Assembly (NCBI GenBank): GCA_963769025.1
Contig: CAVYKI010000010.1
Location: 64,001-128,000, forward strand
DNA length: 64,000 nucleotides
Direction of reading: 5' to 3'
DNA from: an uncultured Verrucomicrobiae bacterium
GTDB lineage: Bacteria > Verrucomicrobiota > Verrucomicrobiia > Chthoniobacterales > Chthoniobacteraceae
The notes below the pieces were generated by a model, which ran no database searches, had not been told where the DNA came from, and was given only the letters and a program-made list of their open reading frames with translations. The translations under genes and the position numbers were made by a program. This document shows, in pieces, positions 10,120-19,492 of this stretch; within the stretch, counting starts at the first letter, position 1, and every line of letters begins with the position of its first letter.

Positions 10120-11464
10120 ATGCCTCCAACGACCGCCGAACTCTTCGATCAACTGCTCACCGACGGTGACGACACCACCGCGGGGAATTATTTCGTCGCG
10201 AACTACCCGCCGTTTTCATTTTGGGACAAGGACAAGGTCGCCGAGGTTCGCAGCGTGATCGCTGCGCCTGCGCCGGCGGATGCGGTGCTCGGCGTCTATT
10301 TCCACATCCCGTTTTGCCGGAAGCGCTGCCACTTTTGCTACTTCCGCGTTTACACCGACAAGAACGCCGAGGAAATCAAAGGCTACCTCGACCACGCAAT
10401 GCGCGAACTGGAGATGTATGCGCACACGCCGCGCATCGCGGGACGCAAGCCGAAGTTTGTATATTTCGGCGGCGGCACGCCGAGCTACCTTTCCGTCTCG
10501 CAGCTCACGTCGCTCACCGATCGCATGAAGGCGCTGCTGCCGTGGGACGAAGTCGAGGAAGTCGCCTTCGAGGCCGAGCCCGGCACGCTCACCGAAGGGA
10601 AGCTGACGGCCCTGCGCGAGATCGGCGTCACGCGCCTCTCGCTCGGCGTGGAAAATTTCGACAAGCACATTCTGGAGATCAACGGCCGCGCGCACCGCGA
10701 GGATGAAATCTACCGCGCCTATAATTTCGCGCGCAGCGTGGGCTTCCCGCAGATCAACATCGACCTCATCGCCGGCATGGTCGAGGAGACGGACGAAAAC
10801 TGGCAGCGCAACATCGCGAAGACCATCGAACTTCAGCCGGACAGCGTCACGATTTACCAGATGGAGATTCCGTTCAACACGGGCATCTACCAGCAGATGA
10901 AGGCCGAGGGGAAACTCGTCGCGCCCGTCGCCGACTGGCACACGAAGCGCCGCTGGGTGAACGAGGCGTTCACCGCGCTGGAGGCGAACGGCTACACCGT
11001 CACAAGCGCCACGACGGCGGTGCGCGATCCGCAGAAGACGAAATTTGTCTATCGCGACGAGCTGTGGAAGGGCGCGGACCTCCTCGGGCTCGGCGTCGCG
11101 AGCTTCAGCCATCTCGGCGGCGTTCATTTTCAAAACCTGCCCGACTTTGAGAGCTACAGCGCGGCGGTGGCCAAAGGACGAGCTGCCCATCGGCCGCGCG
11201 ATGCGGACGACCGAGGAGGAGCAGCTCATCCGCGAGCTGATCCTGCAGCTCAAGCTCGGCCGCGTCTCGAAGGACTACTTCACGACGAAATTTGGGGTCA
11301 GCGTCGCCGAGCGTTTCGATTCCCAGTTCAGCGAACTCAAGCGCCGCGGCCTGCTGACCGAGCACGGCGACTGGCTCGTGCTCGACCGCTCCGCGCTGCT
11401 GAAGATCGACGTGATCCTCCACGCCTTCTTCCTGCCGCAACACCAGAACGCCCGCTACACGTGA
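10120..11464 (+). CDS. HemN/HemW-like radical SAM protein; frameshift near 11175
   Basis: YFHIPFCRKRCHFC (CxxxCxxC), YFGGGTPS, RLSLGV, INIDLI and LGLGVASFS. The C-terminal part continues in ORF 11045..11464 after removing one A from gcc-aaa-gga. Confidence 0.88.
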
Positions 11465-12006
11465 CCTCCACCCCGACGCTGGAAATCCTCCACCCGCTCC
11501 CGCTGCTCTACGAGGCGGCGTCGCATCCCCTGCCCGATTTTTCACTCGTGGATCCCAAGGCACTGCCTGCCGCCGCGCACCGGCTGCTCGTCCATACGGG
11601 CGACATGACTTCCAAGCTGGAGGAATTCTTCGCCGATGAAATGGCGCTGCGCGTCCTGCAGTGCGACCACACCCCGGACCACTACCGCCGCGAGGTCGTC
11701 CTCTTCTGCGAAAAATCCGGCCAGCCCGTGGAATACGGTGCCATCGAGATCGAGCTGGGTTCGTTCGATGAGACGCTGCGCGCCGAGATCGTCCTCGGCC
11801 ACTCGCCGCTCGGCGGCCTGCTGAACCGCCACGGCATCCGCTACCGCAGCCGCCCGCGCGGCTTCCTTCGTGTCGCGCCCGACATCCGGCTTGCGGAAAT
11901 GTTCCGGCTCCCCGCGCCCGTGTCGCTCTACGGCCGCACGAACCAGCTCCTCGACGAACAGGATCGCGTCCTCGCAAATATCGTCGAAGTCCTGCGCCCG
12001 GTCTGA
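11461..12006 (+). CDS. Chorismate-lyase (UbiC/UTRA)-fold protein
   Basis: GTG start overlaps the upstream TGA. Motifs LLVHTGDMTSKLE, RREVVL, PLGGLL, YGR and IVEVL resemble chorismate pyruvate-lyase-like proteins. Confidence 0.7.
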   Translation: MTSTPTLEILHPLPLLYEAASHPLPDFSLVDPKALPAAAHRLLVHTGDMTSKLEEFFADEMALRVLQCDHTPDHYRREVVLFCEKSGQPVEYGAIEIELGSFDETLRAEIVLGHSPLGGLLNRHGIRYRSRPRGFLRVAPDIRLAEMFRLPAPVSLYGRTNQLLDEQDRVLANIVEVLRPV

Positions 12007-12153
12007 GCCGTGGCGGGGCACGCGCCGTCGTATCGCTGATGCAATCAGGGCACTGACAGGCCAGCGCCCCCGAGCGTGAACCATCCCTCCGCGACTGCAC
12101 GCTTGTCGTCCCCTCGGCGACACTCCACTTTCGCGGGACAACGCTTTTTCACC

Positions 12154-13836
12154 ATGCCCACCGACCCGTTCTTCATCGCCCAGGGATCCTGCGACCTTTG
12201 CTTCCTCCCGCAGATGGCCAACCGCCATGGCCTCATCGCGGGTGCGACCGGCACGGGGAAGACCATCACGCTGCGCACGCTCGCGGAAAATTTCAGCGCC
12301 ATCGGCGTGCCCGTCTTCATGGCCGATGTAAAAGGCGACCTCAGCGGCCTCGCCAAGCCCGGCGCAAACAGCCCGAAGGTGAAGGAGCGCGCCGCACAGA
12401 TGGGACTGGAGATCACGCCGAACGGATTCCCCGTCGTGTTCTGGGATGTCTTCGGAAAGAAGGGACACCCCGTGCGCGCGACGATCAGCGACATGGGCCC
12501 GCTGCTCCTCTCGCGGCTCCTCGATCTCAATGACACGCAGGAGGGCGTGCTCAACGTCGTCTTCCACGTCGCCGACGAGGAAGGACTGCTGCTCCTCGAC
12601 CTGAAGGATCTCCAGGCAATGCTCACGCACGTCGCGCAAAATGCCGCAGAGTACACGGTGAAATACGGCAATGTCGCAGCCGCCACCATCGGCACCATCC
12701 AGCGCGCGCTGCTCACGCTCCAGCAGCAGGGCGCGGCGAATTTCTTTGGCGAGCCCGCGCTGAACCTCGACGACATCATCCAGACCGCCGAGGACGGCCG
12801 CGGTGTCGTGAACATCCTCGTCGCTGACGAGCTCATGACCTCGCCGCGCACATATGCCGCATTCATGCTTTGGTTGCTCAGCGAACTTTTCGAGCGCCTC
12901 CCCGAAGTCGGCGACGTGGACAAACCGAAGCTCGTGTTCTTCTTCGACGAGGCGCACCTCCTCTTCAGCGATCTTCCGCAGGCCATGCAGGAAAAAATCG
13001 AGCAGGTCGTGCGCCTGATCCGCTCAAAGGGAGTCGGCGTATTTTTCTGCAGCCAGAACCCGCTCGACATCCCCGACAAGGTGCTCGGCCAGCTCGGCAA
13101 CCGCTTCCAGCACGCGCTGCGCGCGTTCACGCCACGTGATCAAAAGGCCGTGAAGTCCGCCGCGGAAACGTTCCGCGCAAATCCGAAGCTCGACGTGGAG
13201 GCGGTCATCGGCCAGCTCGGCGTCGGCGAGGCGCTCGTCTCGCTGCTCGATGCAAAAGGCACGCCCGGCATCGTCGAGCGCGCATTCATCGCGCCGCCCG
13301 TGAGCGACCTCACGCCGCTTTCGAAGGAGGACCGCGGATTCCTCATCGAGGGCAGCCCGCTCTTTGGCAAATACGAGAAGACCGAGGATCGCGAGAGCGC
13401 CTATGAGCTTTTGACCGGAAAGCCCGCGGCACCCGTGCAGAAGTCCGCGATCACATCCGGCGCCGCGCCATTCGACGCCGTCGCCGCCGCGCGCGCGCGT
13501 GCAGCCGCGAGGCAGCAATCGGCCGCCACGACGAACGCCGACGAGAGCGCGGAAGCCATCGCTTCCGCCCCGGCAAGGACACGGGCCGCAACCCCGAGGG
13601 AAGAGATGGCAGCGGCGGAGGCGGACGCACGGCTCGCGAAACTCCGCGCCGAAGTCGCCGAGCGCGAAGCCAAGACTCGCGCCGCCCAAGCACTCGCGGA
13701 CAAGCGCAGCGCCCCACCGCAGAAATCCGGCATGCTCGACAAGCTCGTGCAGAGCGTCGCCCGCAACGCGGCGGGGCAGGCCACGCGCTCACTGATGCGC
13801 GGCCTCCTCGGGAGCATCTTCGGAGGCCGACGCTAA
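12154..13836 (+). CDS. DUF853/YjgR HerA-like P-loop ATPase
   Basis: [41 protein letters not shown] and QHALRAFTP. Confidence 0.92.
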   Translation: MPTDPFFIAQGSCDLCFLPQMANRHGLIAGATGTGKTITLRTLAENFSAIGVPVFMADVKGDLSGLAKPGANSPKVKERAAQMGLEITPNGFPVVFWDVFGKKGHPVRATISDMGPLLLSRLLDLNDTQEGVLNVVFHVADEEGLLLLDLKDLQAMLTHVAQNAAEYTVKYGNVAAATIGTIQRALLTLQQQGAANFFGEPALNLDDIIQTAEDGRGVVNILVADELMTSPRTYAAFMLWLLSELFERLPEVGDVDKPKLVFFFDEAHLLFSDLPQAMQEKIEQVVRLIRSKGVGVFFCSQNPLDIPDKVLGQLGNRFQHALRAFTPRDQKAVKSAAETFRANPKLDVEAVIGQLGVGEALVSLLDAKGTPGIVERAFIAPPVSDLTPLSKEDRGFLIEGSPLFGKYEKTEDRESAYELLTGKPAAPVQKSAITSGAAPFDAVAAARARAAARQQSAATTNADESAEAIASAPARTRAATPREEMAAAEADARLAKLRAEVAEREAKTRAAQALADKRSAPPQKSGMLDKLVQSVARNAAGQATRSLMRGLLGSIFGGRR

Positions 13837-13843
13837 GCGACCC

Positions 13844-15019
13844 ATGGCTGGCATCATCATCAGACCCCGTTCGCGCATCCTGCATGGGCACGACTGGGTT
13901 TATTCGAGCGAGGTCCTGAAAGTCTGGGGCAACCCCGAGCCCGGCAGCATCATCGCGGTGAAGGACGGCAAGGACCGCATGCTCGGCAGCGCCATTTTCA
14001 ATCCGAAGTCGCAGATCATCGCGCGCCGCTTCTCGCGTCAGCGGCAGGAACTGGACACCGATTTTTTCCGCCGCCGCATTTTGCAGGCCGTGCGCTACCG
14101 CGAAAAGCGCGGCGTCAACGCGGCTGCTGCGCGACTCGTGTGGAGCGAGAGCGACGGGCTTCCAGGCGTGATCGTGGATCGCTACGGCGACCATCTCGTG
14201 CTCCAGACACTCACCCTCGCGATGGACATGCGCCGCGATCTCATCGTGGCCGCGCTGGTCGAGTTGCTGAAACCCGCAAGCATCGTCGAGCGCAACGACG
14301 CGCCCGTGCGGATCGCCGAAGGAATGGAGCAGCGCACCGGCGTCCTCCACGGTGAAGCGCCCGCCCCATTCTGGATCGCGCTCGACGGAATCGGATTCGA
14401 GGTGGACCTCATGCACGGGCAGAAGACGGGGCTCTATCTCGATCAGATCGGCAGCTACACGGCCGTCGCGGCGCACGCGCGCGGCCGTCGCGTGCTCGAT
14501 TGTTTTGCAAACCAGGGCGCCTTCGCCCTCGCCGCCGCGAAGGCAGGCGCAGCGAGCACACTTGCCGTCGAAATCAGCGAGGACGCCTGCTCGAACATCC
14601 GCCGCAACGCGCTGCGCAACCAGCTCACCGTGGACGTGCGCGCCGAGAACGTCTTCGATTTCCTGAAAGCCGCGGACTCCGGCGGCGACCGCGCACCCTA
14701 CGATCTCATCGTTCTCGATCCACCGTCCTTCACGAAGAACAAGGGCACGCTCGAGGACGCGCTGCGCGGCTACAAGGAGATCCATCTGCGCGCGCTGAAG
14801 CTGCTCGCTCCGGAAGGCATGCTCGCGACGTTCTGCTGCTCGCACCACGTGAAGCGCGAACTTTTCCTCGACGCGATCAACGAGGCCACCGTGGACGCGA
14901 AGCGCACGCTGCGGCAGATCGCGACCTTTTCTCAGGCTGCGGACCACCCGATCATTTCCACGCTGCCCGAGACGGAATACCTCAAGGGCTTTCTCTTCGA
15001 GCTGGTGCCGGGGCGCTGA
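13844..15019 (+). CDS. rlmI: RlmI-family SAM-dependent rRNA m5C methyltransferase
   Basis: PUA-like N-terminus (GHDWVY), SESDGLPG, GQKTGLYLDQ, VLDCF, LDPPSF and DHP...PETEYLK. Confidence 0.85.
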   Translation: MAGIIIRPRSRILHGHDWVYSSEVLKVWGNPEPGSIIAVKDGKDRMLGSAIFNPKSQIIARRFSRQRQELDTDFFRRRILQAVRYREKRGVNAAAARLVWSESDGLPGVIVDRYGDHLVLQTLTLAMDMRRDLIVAALVELLKPASIVERNDAPVRIAEGMEQRTGVLHGEAPAPFWIALDGIGFEVDLMHGQKTGLYLDQIGSYTAVAAHARGRRVLDCFANQGAFALAAAKAGAASTLAVEISEDACSNIRRNALRNQLTVDVRAENVFDFLKAADSGGDRAPYDLIVLDPPSFTKNKGTLEDALRGYKEIHLRALKLLAPEGMLATFCCSHHVKRELFLDAINEATVDAKRTLRQIATFSQAADHPIISTLPETEYLKGFLFELVPGR

Positions 15020-15116
15020 GCGACGCGCGGCATGGCGCGGGCGGCACCGGGTCTGAAGCCGCCCCCCGCCCTTCGTCGTTGCGCAGCGCGTGCAGTTGCG
15101 GCATCTCGCTGTCCCG

Positions 15117-16406
15117 ATGAAGAACCCGCGCTCCTCCGCCCTGTTTGCCGAAGCCCGCCGATACATCCCCGGCGGCGTAAATTCCCCCGTCCGCGCATTC
15201 CGCGGCGTCGGCGGTGAGCCGTTCTTCGTCGAGCGCGCATCGGGCTCGCACATCTGGGACGCGGACGGGCAGGAGCTGATCGATTACGTCGGCACGTGGG
15301 GCCCTGCGATCCTCGGGCACGCGCCGCGTGTGGTGCTCGATGCGATCGCTGCGGCGGCGGAAAGAGGAGTGAGCTTCGGCATCCCGCACGCGCTAGAAGT
15401 CGAGATGGCGCGGACGATTTGCGAATGGGTGCCATCGATCGAGAAAGTGCGGATGGTGAACAGCGGCACGGAGGCGACGATGTCTTGCGTGCGGCTCGCG
15501 CGCGGATTCACCGGGCGCGGAAAGATTGTGAAATTCACCGGCTGCTACCACGGCCACGTGGACTCGCTGCTCGTGAAGGCGGGCAGCGGCGCGCTCACGC
15601 ACGGCACGCCGGACAGCGCTGGCGTGCCGGCGGAACTCGCCGCGCTCACGATCACGCTGCCCTACAACGACGCGGACGGACTGCGCGCGGTCTTTGCCGA
15701 GCACGGCAGGGATATCGCCGCGGTGATCGTGGAGTCCGTCCCGGCAAATGCGGGACTCTATTTTCCCGAGCCGGGATTTTACGAGCTGATGCACAAACTC
15801 TGCACCGAGCACGAGTCGCTGATCATTTTCGACGAGGTGATGACCGGCTTCCGCCTCGCGCGCGGCGGCTACCAGCAGCTCTGCGGGTTGAAGCCGGACT
15901 TGACGGCGCTCGGCAAGGTGATCGGCGGCGGGCTGCCGGTCGGGGCGTTTGGCGGACGCCGCGAAATCATGGACCAGCTCTCGCCCGACGGCCCCGTGTA
16001 CCAGGCCGGCACGCTGAGCGGGAATCCGCTCGCCCTCTCCGCCGGCATCGCGCAACTCCGCGAACTGGAGCGCCTCGACGGCTGGGCAAAGCTCGATGCA
16101 AGCGGCGCTGAATTCGAATCGCGCGTCCGCGCCGGACTGAAGCGCGCGGGCCGCGACTACAATTTCCGGCGCATCGGCTCAATGTTCTGCCTCTACTTCA
16201 CTAGCGCGAGCGCACCGGTCCGGAATCTCGAAGAGGCGATGCAGTCGGACAAAGCCACGTTCGCAAAATTCTTCCACGGCTGCCTCGAACGCGGCGTGTA
16301 TTTCGCGCCGTCGCAGTTTGAAGCCGGCTTCCTCTCGCTCGCGCACACGCCCGAAGACATCGCCCGCACGGCGGATATCGCGGCGGAGGTTCTCGGCAAA
16401 ATCTGA
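15117..16406 (+). CDS. hemL: Glutamate-1-semialdehyde 2,1-aminomutase
   Basis: PGGVNSPVRAF, NSGTEATM, GCYHGH, FDEVMTGFR, LGKVIGGGLPVGA and YQAGTLSGNP. Confidence 0.97.
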   Translation: MKNPRSSALFAEARRYIPGGVNSPVRAFRGVGGEPFFVERASGSHIWDADGQELIDYVGTWGPAILGHAPRVVLDAIAAAAERGVSFGIPHALEVEMARTICEWVPSIEKVRMVNSGTEATMSCVRLARGFTGRGKIVKFTGCYHGHVDSLLVKAGSGALTHGTPDSAGVPAELAALTITLPYNDADGLRAVFAEHGRDIAAVIVESVPANAGLYFPEPGFYELMHKLCTEHESLIIFDEVMTGFRLARGGYQQLCGLKPDLTALGKVIGGGLPVGAFGGRREIMDQLSPDGPVYQAGTLSGNPLALSAGIAQLRELERLDGWAKLDASGAEFESRVRAGLKRAGRDYNFRRIGSMFCLYFTSASAPVRNLEEAMQSDKATFAKFFHGCLERGVYFAPSQFEAGFLSLAHTPEDIARTADIAAEVLGKI

Positions 16407-16412
16407 TCACTT

Positions 16413-19025
16413 ATGTTCCGCGGCCTGCTCCTCCTCCTCGCCACCGCCGCCGCATTTGCCGGTGAGCCTTTTTCATTCGACCGCACGCCAGGACGGCTGC
16501 CGAAGGACGTCGTGCCGAAGCTCTATCGCATCTTCATCGAGCCGGACATCGGACGCGCGGCCTTCACCGGCTCCGTCGAGATCGATGTCGAAGTCCGCGA
16601 GCCCGTCCGCACGTTCACGCTGAATGCGCTGGGCCTCACGATCCGAAGCGCGACGCTCGACGGCAATGCCAAGCTGTCGCCCGAGGTGGACGCGGCGAAG
16701 CAATTCCTCACGCTCACCTCGCGCGCGGAAGTTGCCGCAGGCAGGCACACGCTGAAGCTCGAATTCAGCGGCGCGATGACCGAGCAGCCGCAGGGAATGT
16801 TCCTCACTCGTTTCCAGCTGCCCGATGGAACGTGGAGCAAGGGGATCGTCACGCAGATGGAGCCGGCGGACGCACGGCGGATGTTCCCCTGCTGGGACGA
16901 ACCCGTGTTCCGCGCGACGTTCCAGCTCACCGCGATCGTCCCCGCGCAGCACACCGCGCTTTTCAACATGCCCATCACCGGCGAGCGCGCCCTCGGCGAT
17001 GGACGCAAGGAAGTCACCTTCGGCACCACGCCGCCGATGGCGAGCTACCTCGTCGCATTCGCCAGCAGCGACCTCGACAGCATGGAAGACGAGGTTGCCG
17101 GGACAAAGCTCCGCATCTTCGCGACGACCGGAAAACGGGACCGCATGAAGCTCGCGATGGACACGACCAAGTCGGTGCTCCCGTACTTCAACGACTACTT
17201 CGGCGTGAAGTATCCGCTGCCGAAACTCGATCAGGTGGCGTTTCCCAGCGTCGGCGCTGGCGGCATGGAAAACTGGGGAGCGATCGTCTACTCGGACACG
17301 GCGATGCTCTTCGACGCGGCGAATGGCTCGCAGGCAAACCGCGAGCGCGTCTTCGAGATCGTCGCTCATGAGATCGCGCATCAGTGGTTCGGCGATCTCG
17401 TCACGATGGCGTGGTGGGACAATCTCTGGCTGAACGAGGGCTTCGCCTCGTGGATGGCGACGAAGGCCGCGGACCACTTCAACCCCTCGTGGAAAAAGTG
17501 GCTGCGCGCCGCAAGTTCCGCCGAGGCGGCGATGCGCCTCGATGCGCGCGCGACGACGCATCCGATCGAGCAGCCGTCGATCTCGGAATCTCAGGTGAAC
17601 GACGCCTTTGACGAAATCACCTATCAAAAAGGCCAGTCCATCCTGCGCATGATCGAAACGTGGCTGGGCGCGGAAAAGTTCCGGGCCGGCATGCGGCTCT
17701 ACTTTGCCCGCCACGCGATGGGCAGCACAACGACCGCCGACCTGTGGCAGGCGCTCGAGGACGCCTCCGGCGAAAAAGTGCGCACGATGGCCGCAGGCTG
17801 GACAGAGCAGCCGGGCTTCCCGGTCGTCCAAGTGCGCAGCGATGGCGACAACGGGATCGAACTGAGCCAGGAGCGTTTCACCGTGCATCAAAAGGATGCC
17901 GCGGCGCTGACATGGCAGATCCCGGTGCTCATCGCCCTGCTCGACGGCAGCGAACCGCGCACCGTCCTCCTCGGCCCGGAGACTCTGCGCGTTCAGGCCA
18001 CGCTCCCGGTGCGCGTGAATGCCGGACGAGCGGGATATTTCCGCGTGGACTATATCGGCGATGCGTGGACGCGACTGCGGGGGCGCATCACCGCCCTGCC
18101 GGAAGCGGATCGGCTCGGCATCCTGCAGGATCAGTGGGCGTTCGTGCAGGCAGGCCGCGCGCCGCTCGGCCGCTGGCTGGAGCTCGCTGAGTCGTTGCGC
18201 GCCGATCCGTCGCCCACGGTCGGCGGGGAAATCACCGGCGTCCTCGGCTTCCTCGATCACATCTTCCGCGGGACCGCCGAGCGCACCGCTTTCCGCATTC
18301 GTGCGCGCGCCCTGCTCGCGCCGCGACTCGCGGACATGGGATGGGACGCGACGAAAACCGAGGAACCCGTGGCCGCGAATCATCGCGCCGGACTTATCCG
18401 CCTGCTCGGGCAGATGGGCGATCCCGAAGTGCTCCGCGAGGCGCGCAACCGCTTCGAGACATTCATGGCGCGACCGGAATCGCTCGCCGGCGACCTGCGC
18501 GGAGCGGTCCTCGCGCTCGCGGGACAAAACGCCGATGCCGCGACATGGGATCGCATCCGCACACTCGCAAAGCGAACGACCGACACCGAGCAGAAGGATT
18601 TGCTCTACGCGGCGCTCACCGCCGTGCGCGATGAAGCGCTCAGCACCCGCACACTGGCCATCGCGCTCACCGACGAGCTCCCCACGCGCCAGGCCGCAGG
18701 CATCCCGGGCCGCGTGGCTGCCAGCAGCGAACAGCCGGAAAGGGCGTGGGATTTTGCCAAAGCCAACCTCTCCGCCCTGCTCGCACGCGTGTCGGACTTT
18801 GAGGCAAACCGCTTCGTCCCGCGCATATTCACCAATTTCTCCGACGCAAAGCGCGCCGCCGAACTGGAAACATTTGCCGAGTCCAGCCTGCCACCCCGCG
18901 CCGCCCGCGCCGTCGCACTTGCAGCGGACGAAATCCGCTTCAAGTCCGATTTCCGCACCCGCGCCCTGCGCGAGGCCGCCCCATGGATCGCCGCCGACGC
19001 CGCCGCACCCGCGGCTGGAAAGTGA
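16413..19025 (+). CDS. Exported M1 family zinc aminopeptidase (aminopeptidase N-like)
   Basis: Signal peptide, ARRMFPCWDEP, GGMENWG, HEIAH-x18-E (WLNEGFA) and YQKG. Confidence 0.95.
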   Translation: MFRGLLLLLATAAAFAGEPFSFDRTPGRLPKDVVPKLYRIFIEPDIGRAAFTGSVEIDVEVREPVRTFTLNALGLTIRSATLDGNAKLSPEVDAAKQFLTLTSRAEVAAGRHTLKLEFSGAMTEQPQGMFLTRFQLPDGTWSKGIVTQMEPADARRMFPCWDEPVFRATFQLTAIVPAQHTALFNMPITGERALGDGRKEVTFGTTPPMASYLVAFASSDLDSMEDEVAGTKLRIFATTGKRDRMKLAMDTTKSVLPYFNDYFGVKYPLPKLDQVAFPSVGAGGMENWGAIVYSDTAMLFDAANGSQANRERVFEIVAHEIAHQWFGDLVTMAWWDNLWLNEGFASWMATKAADHFNPSWKKWLRAASSAEAAMRLDARATTHPIEQPSISESQVNDAFDEITYQKGQSILRMIETWLGAEKFRAGMRLYFARHAMGSTTTADLWQALEDASGEKVRTMAAGWTEQPGFPVVQVRSDGDNGIELSQERFTVHQKDAAALTWQIPVLIALLDGSEPRTVLLGPETLRVQATLPVRVNAGRAGYFRVDYIGDAWTRLRGRITALPEADRLGILQDQWAFVQAGRAPLGRWLELAESLRADPSPTVGGEITGVLGFLDHIFRGTAERTAFRIRARALLAPRLADMGWDATKTEEPVAANHRAGLIRLLGQMGDPEVLREARNRFETFMARPESLAGDLRGAVLALAGQNADAATWDRIRTLAKRTTDTEQKDLLYAALTAVRDEALSTRTLAIALTDELPTRQAAGIPGRVAASSEQPERAWDFAKANLSALLARVSDFEANRFVPRIFTNFSDAKRAAELETFAESSLPPRAARAVALAADEIRFKSDFRTRALREAAPWIAADAAAPAAGK

Positions 19026-19100
19026 TGGTGGGCAGTGAGGGATTCGAACCCACGACCAACTCGGTGTAAACGAGACGCTCTACCGCTGAGCTAACTGCCC
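19026..19100 (-). tRNA. tRNA-Val (TAC) with encoded CCA
   Basis: GGGCAGTTAGCTCAGCGGTAGAGCG...TTTACAC...GTTCGAATCC...ACTGCCCACCA. Confidence 0.96.
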
Positions 19101-19492
19101 CGGAAATTGCTGACCGCTCCTTTAAGCGATATTTCAAAACCTGTCATCCCCACATTCCATGCCCCGCTTTCCGGAAAGGCCCGCCGTCCGGATTGCCATT
19201 TTCCTTACAGAAAGCCCCACCCTGCCGATCCGGAGCCACCTTTCGGTTCCGAGGACCCGTGATCTGCCGGCTGGGAGGCCCATGTCGCTACCGCAGAACC
19301 CTGGGTTGCCGGGCGGGACGGCTCTTTTCAGCTCGCTGCCGTTTTCAGCGAAGCGCTGACCTCGAGTCTGTCATGCATTTTGAACGAAATGGTGCGCTGA
19401 GGCCAAAAGGCCCTGCACAAGCCAGCTCAGGCTGGTGTGGATGCGGGCCTTTGATCCTCTGTCCACTTCGCCAGCGAAGTGCTCTGCGGTCT

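Noticed and set aside
9952..12006. Apparent 684-aa radical SAM-chorismate lyase fusion
   Set aside because: Created by the extra base near 11175. The proper HemN-like C-terminus is in another frame ending at 11464, and the bridging peptide is non-protein-like.
9099..19100. Genomic island bounded by tRNA-Cys and tRNA-Val
   Set aside because: The content is housekeeping-like (hemL, rlmI), and no integrase or att duplication was found.
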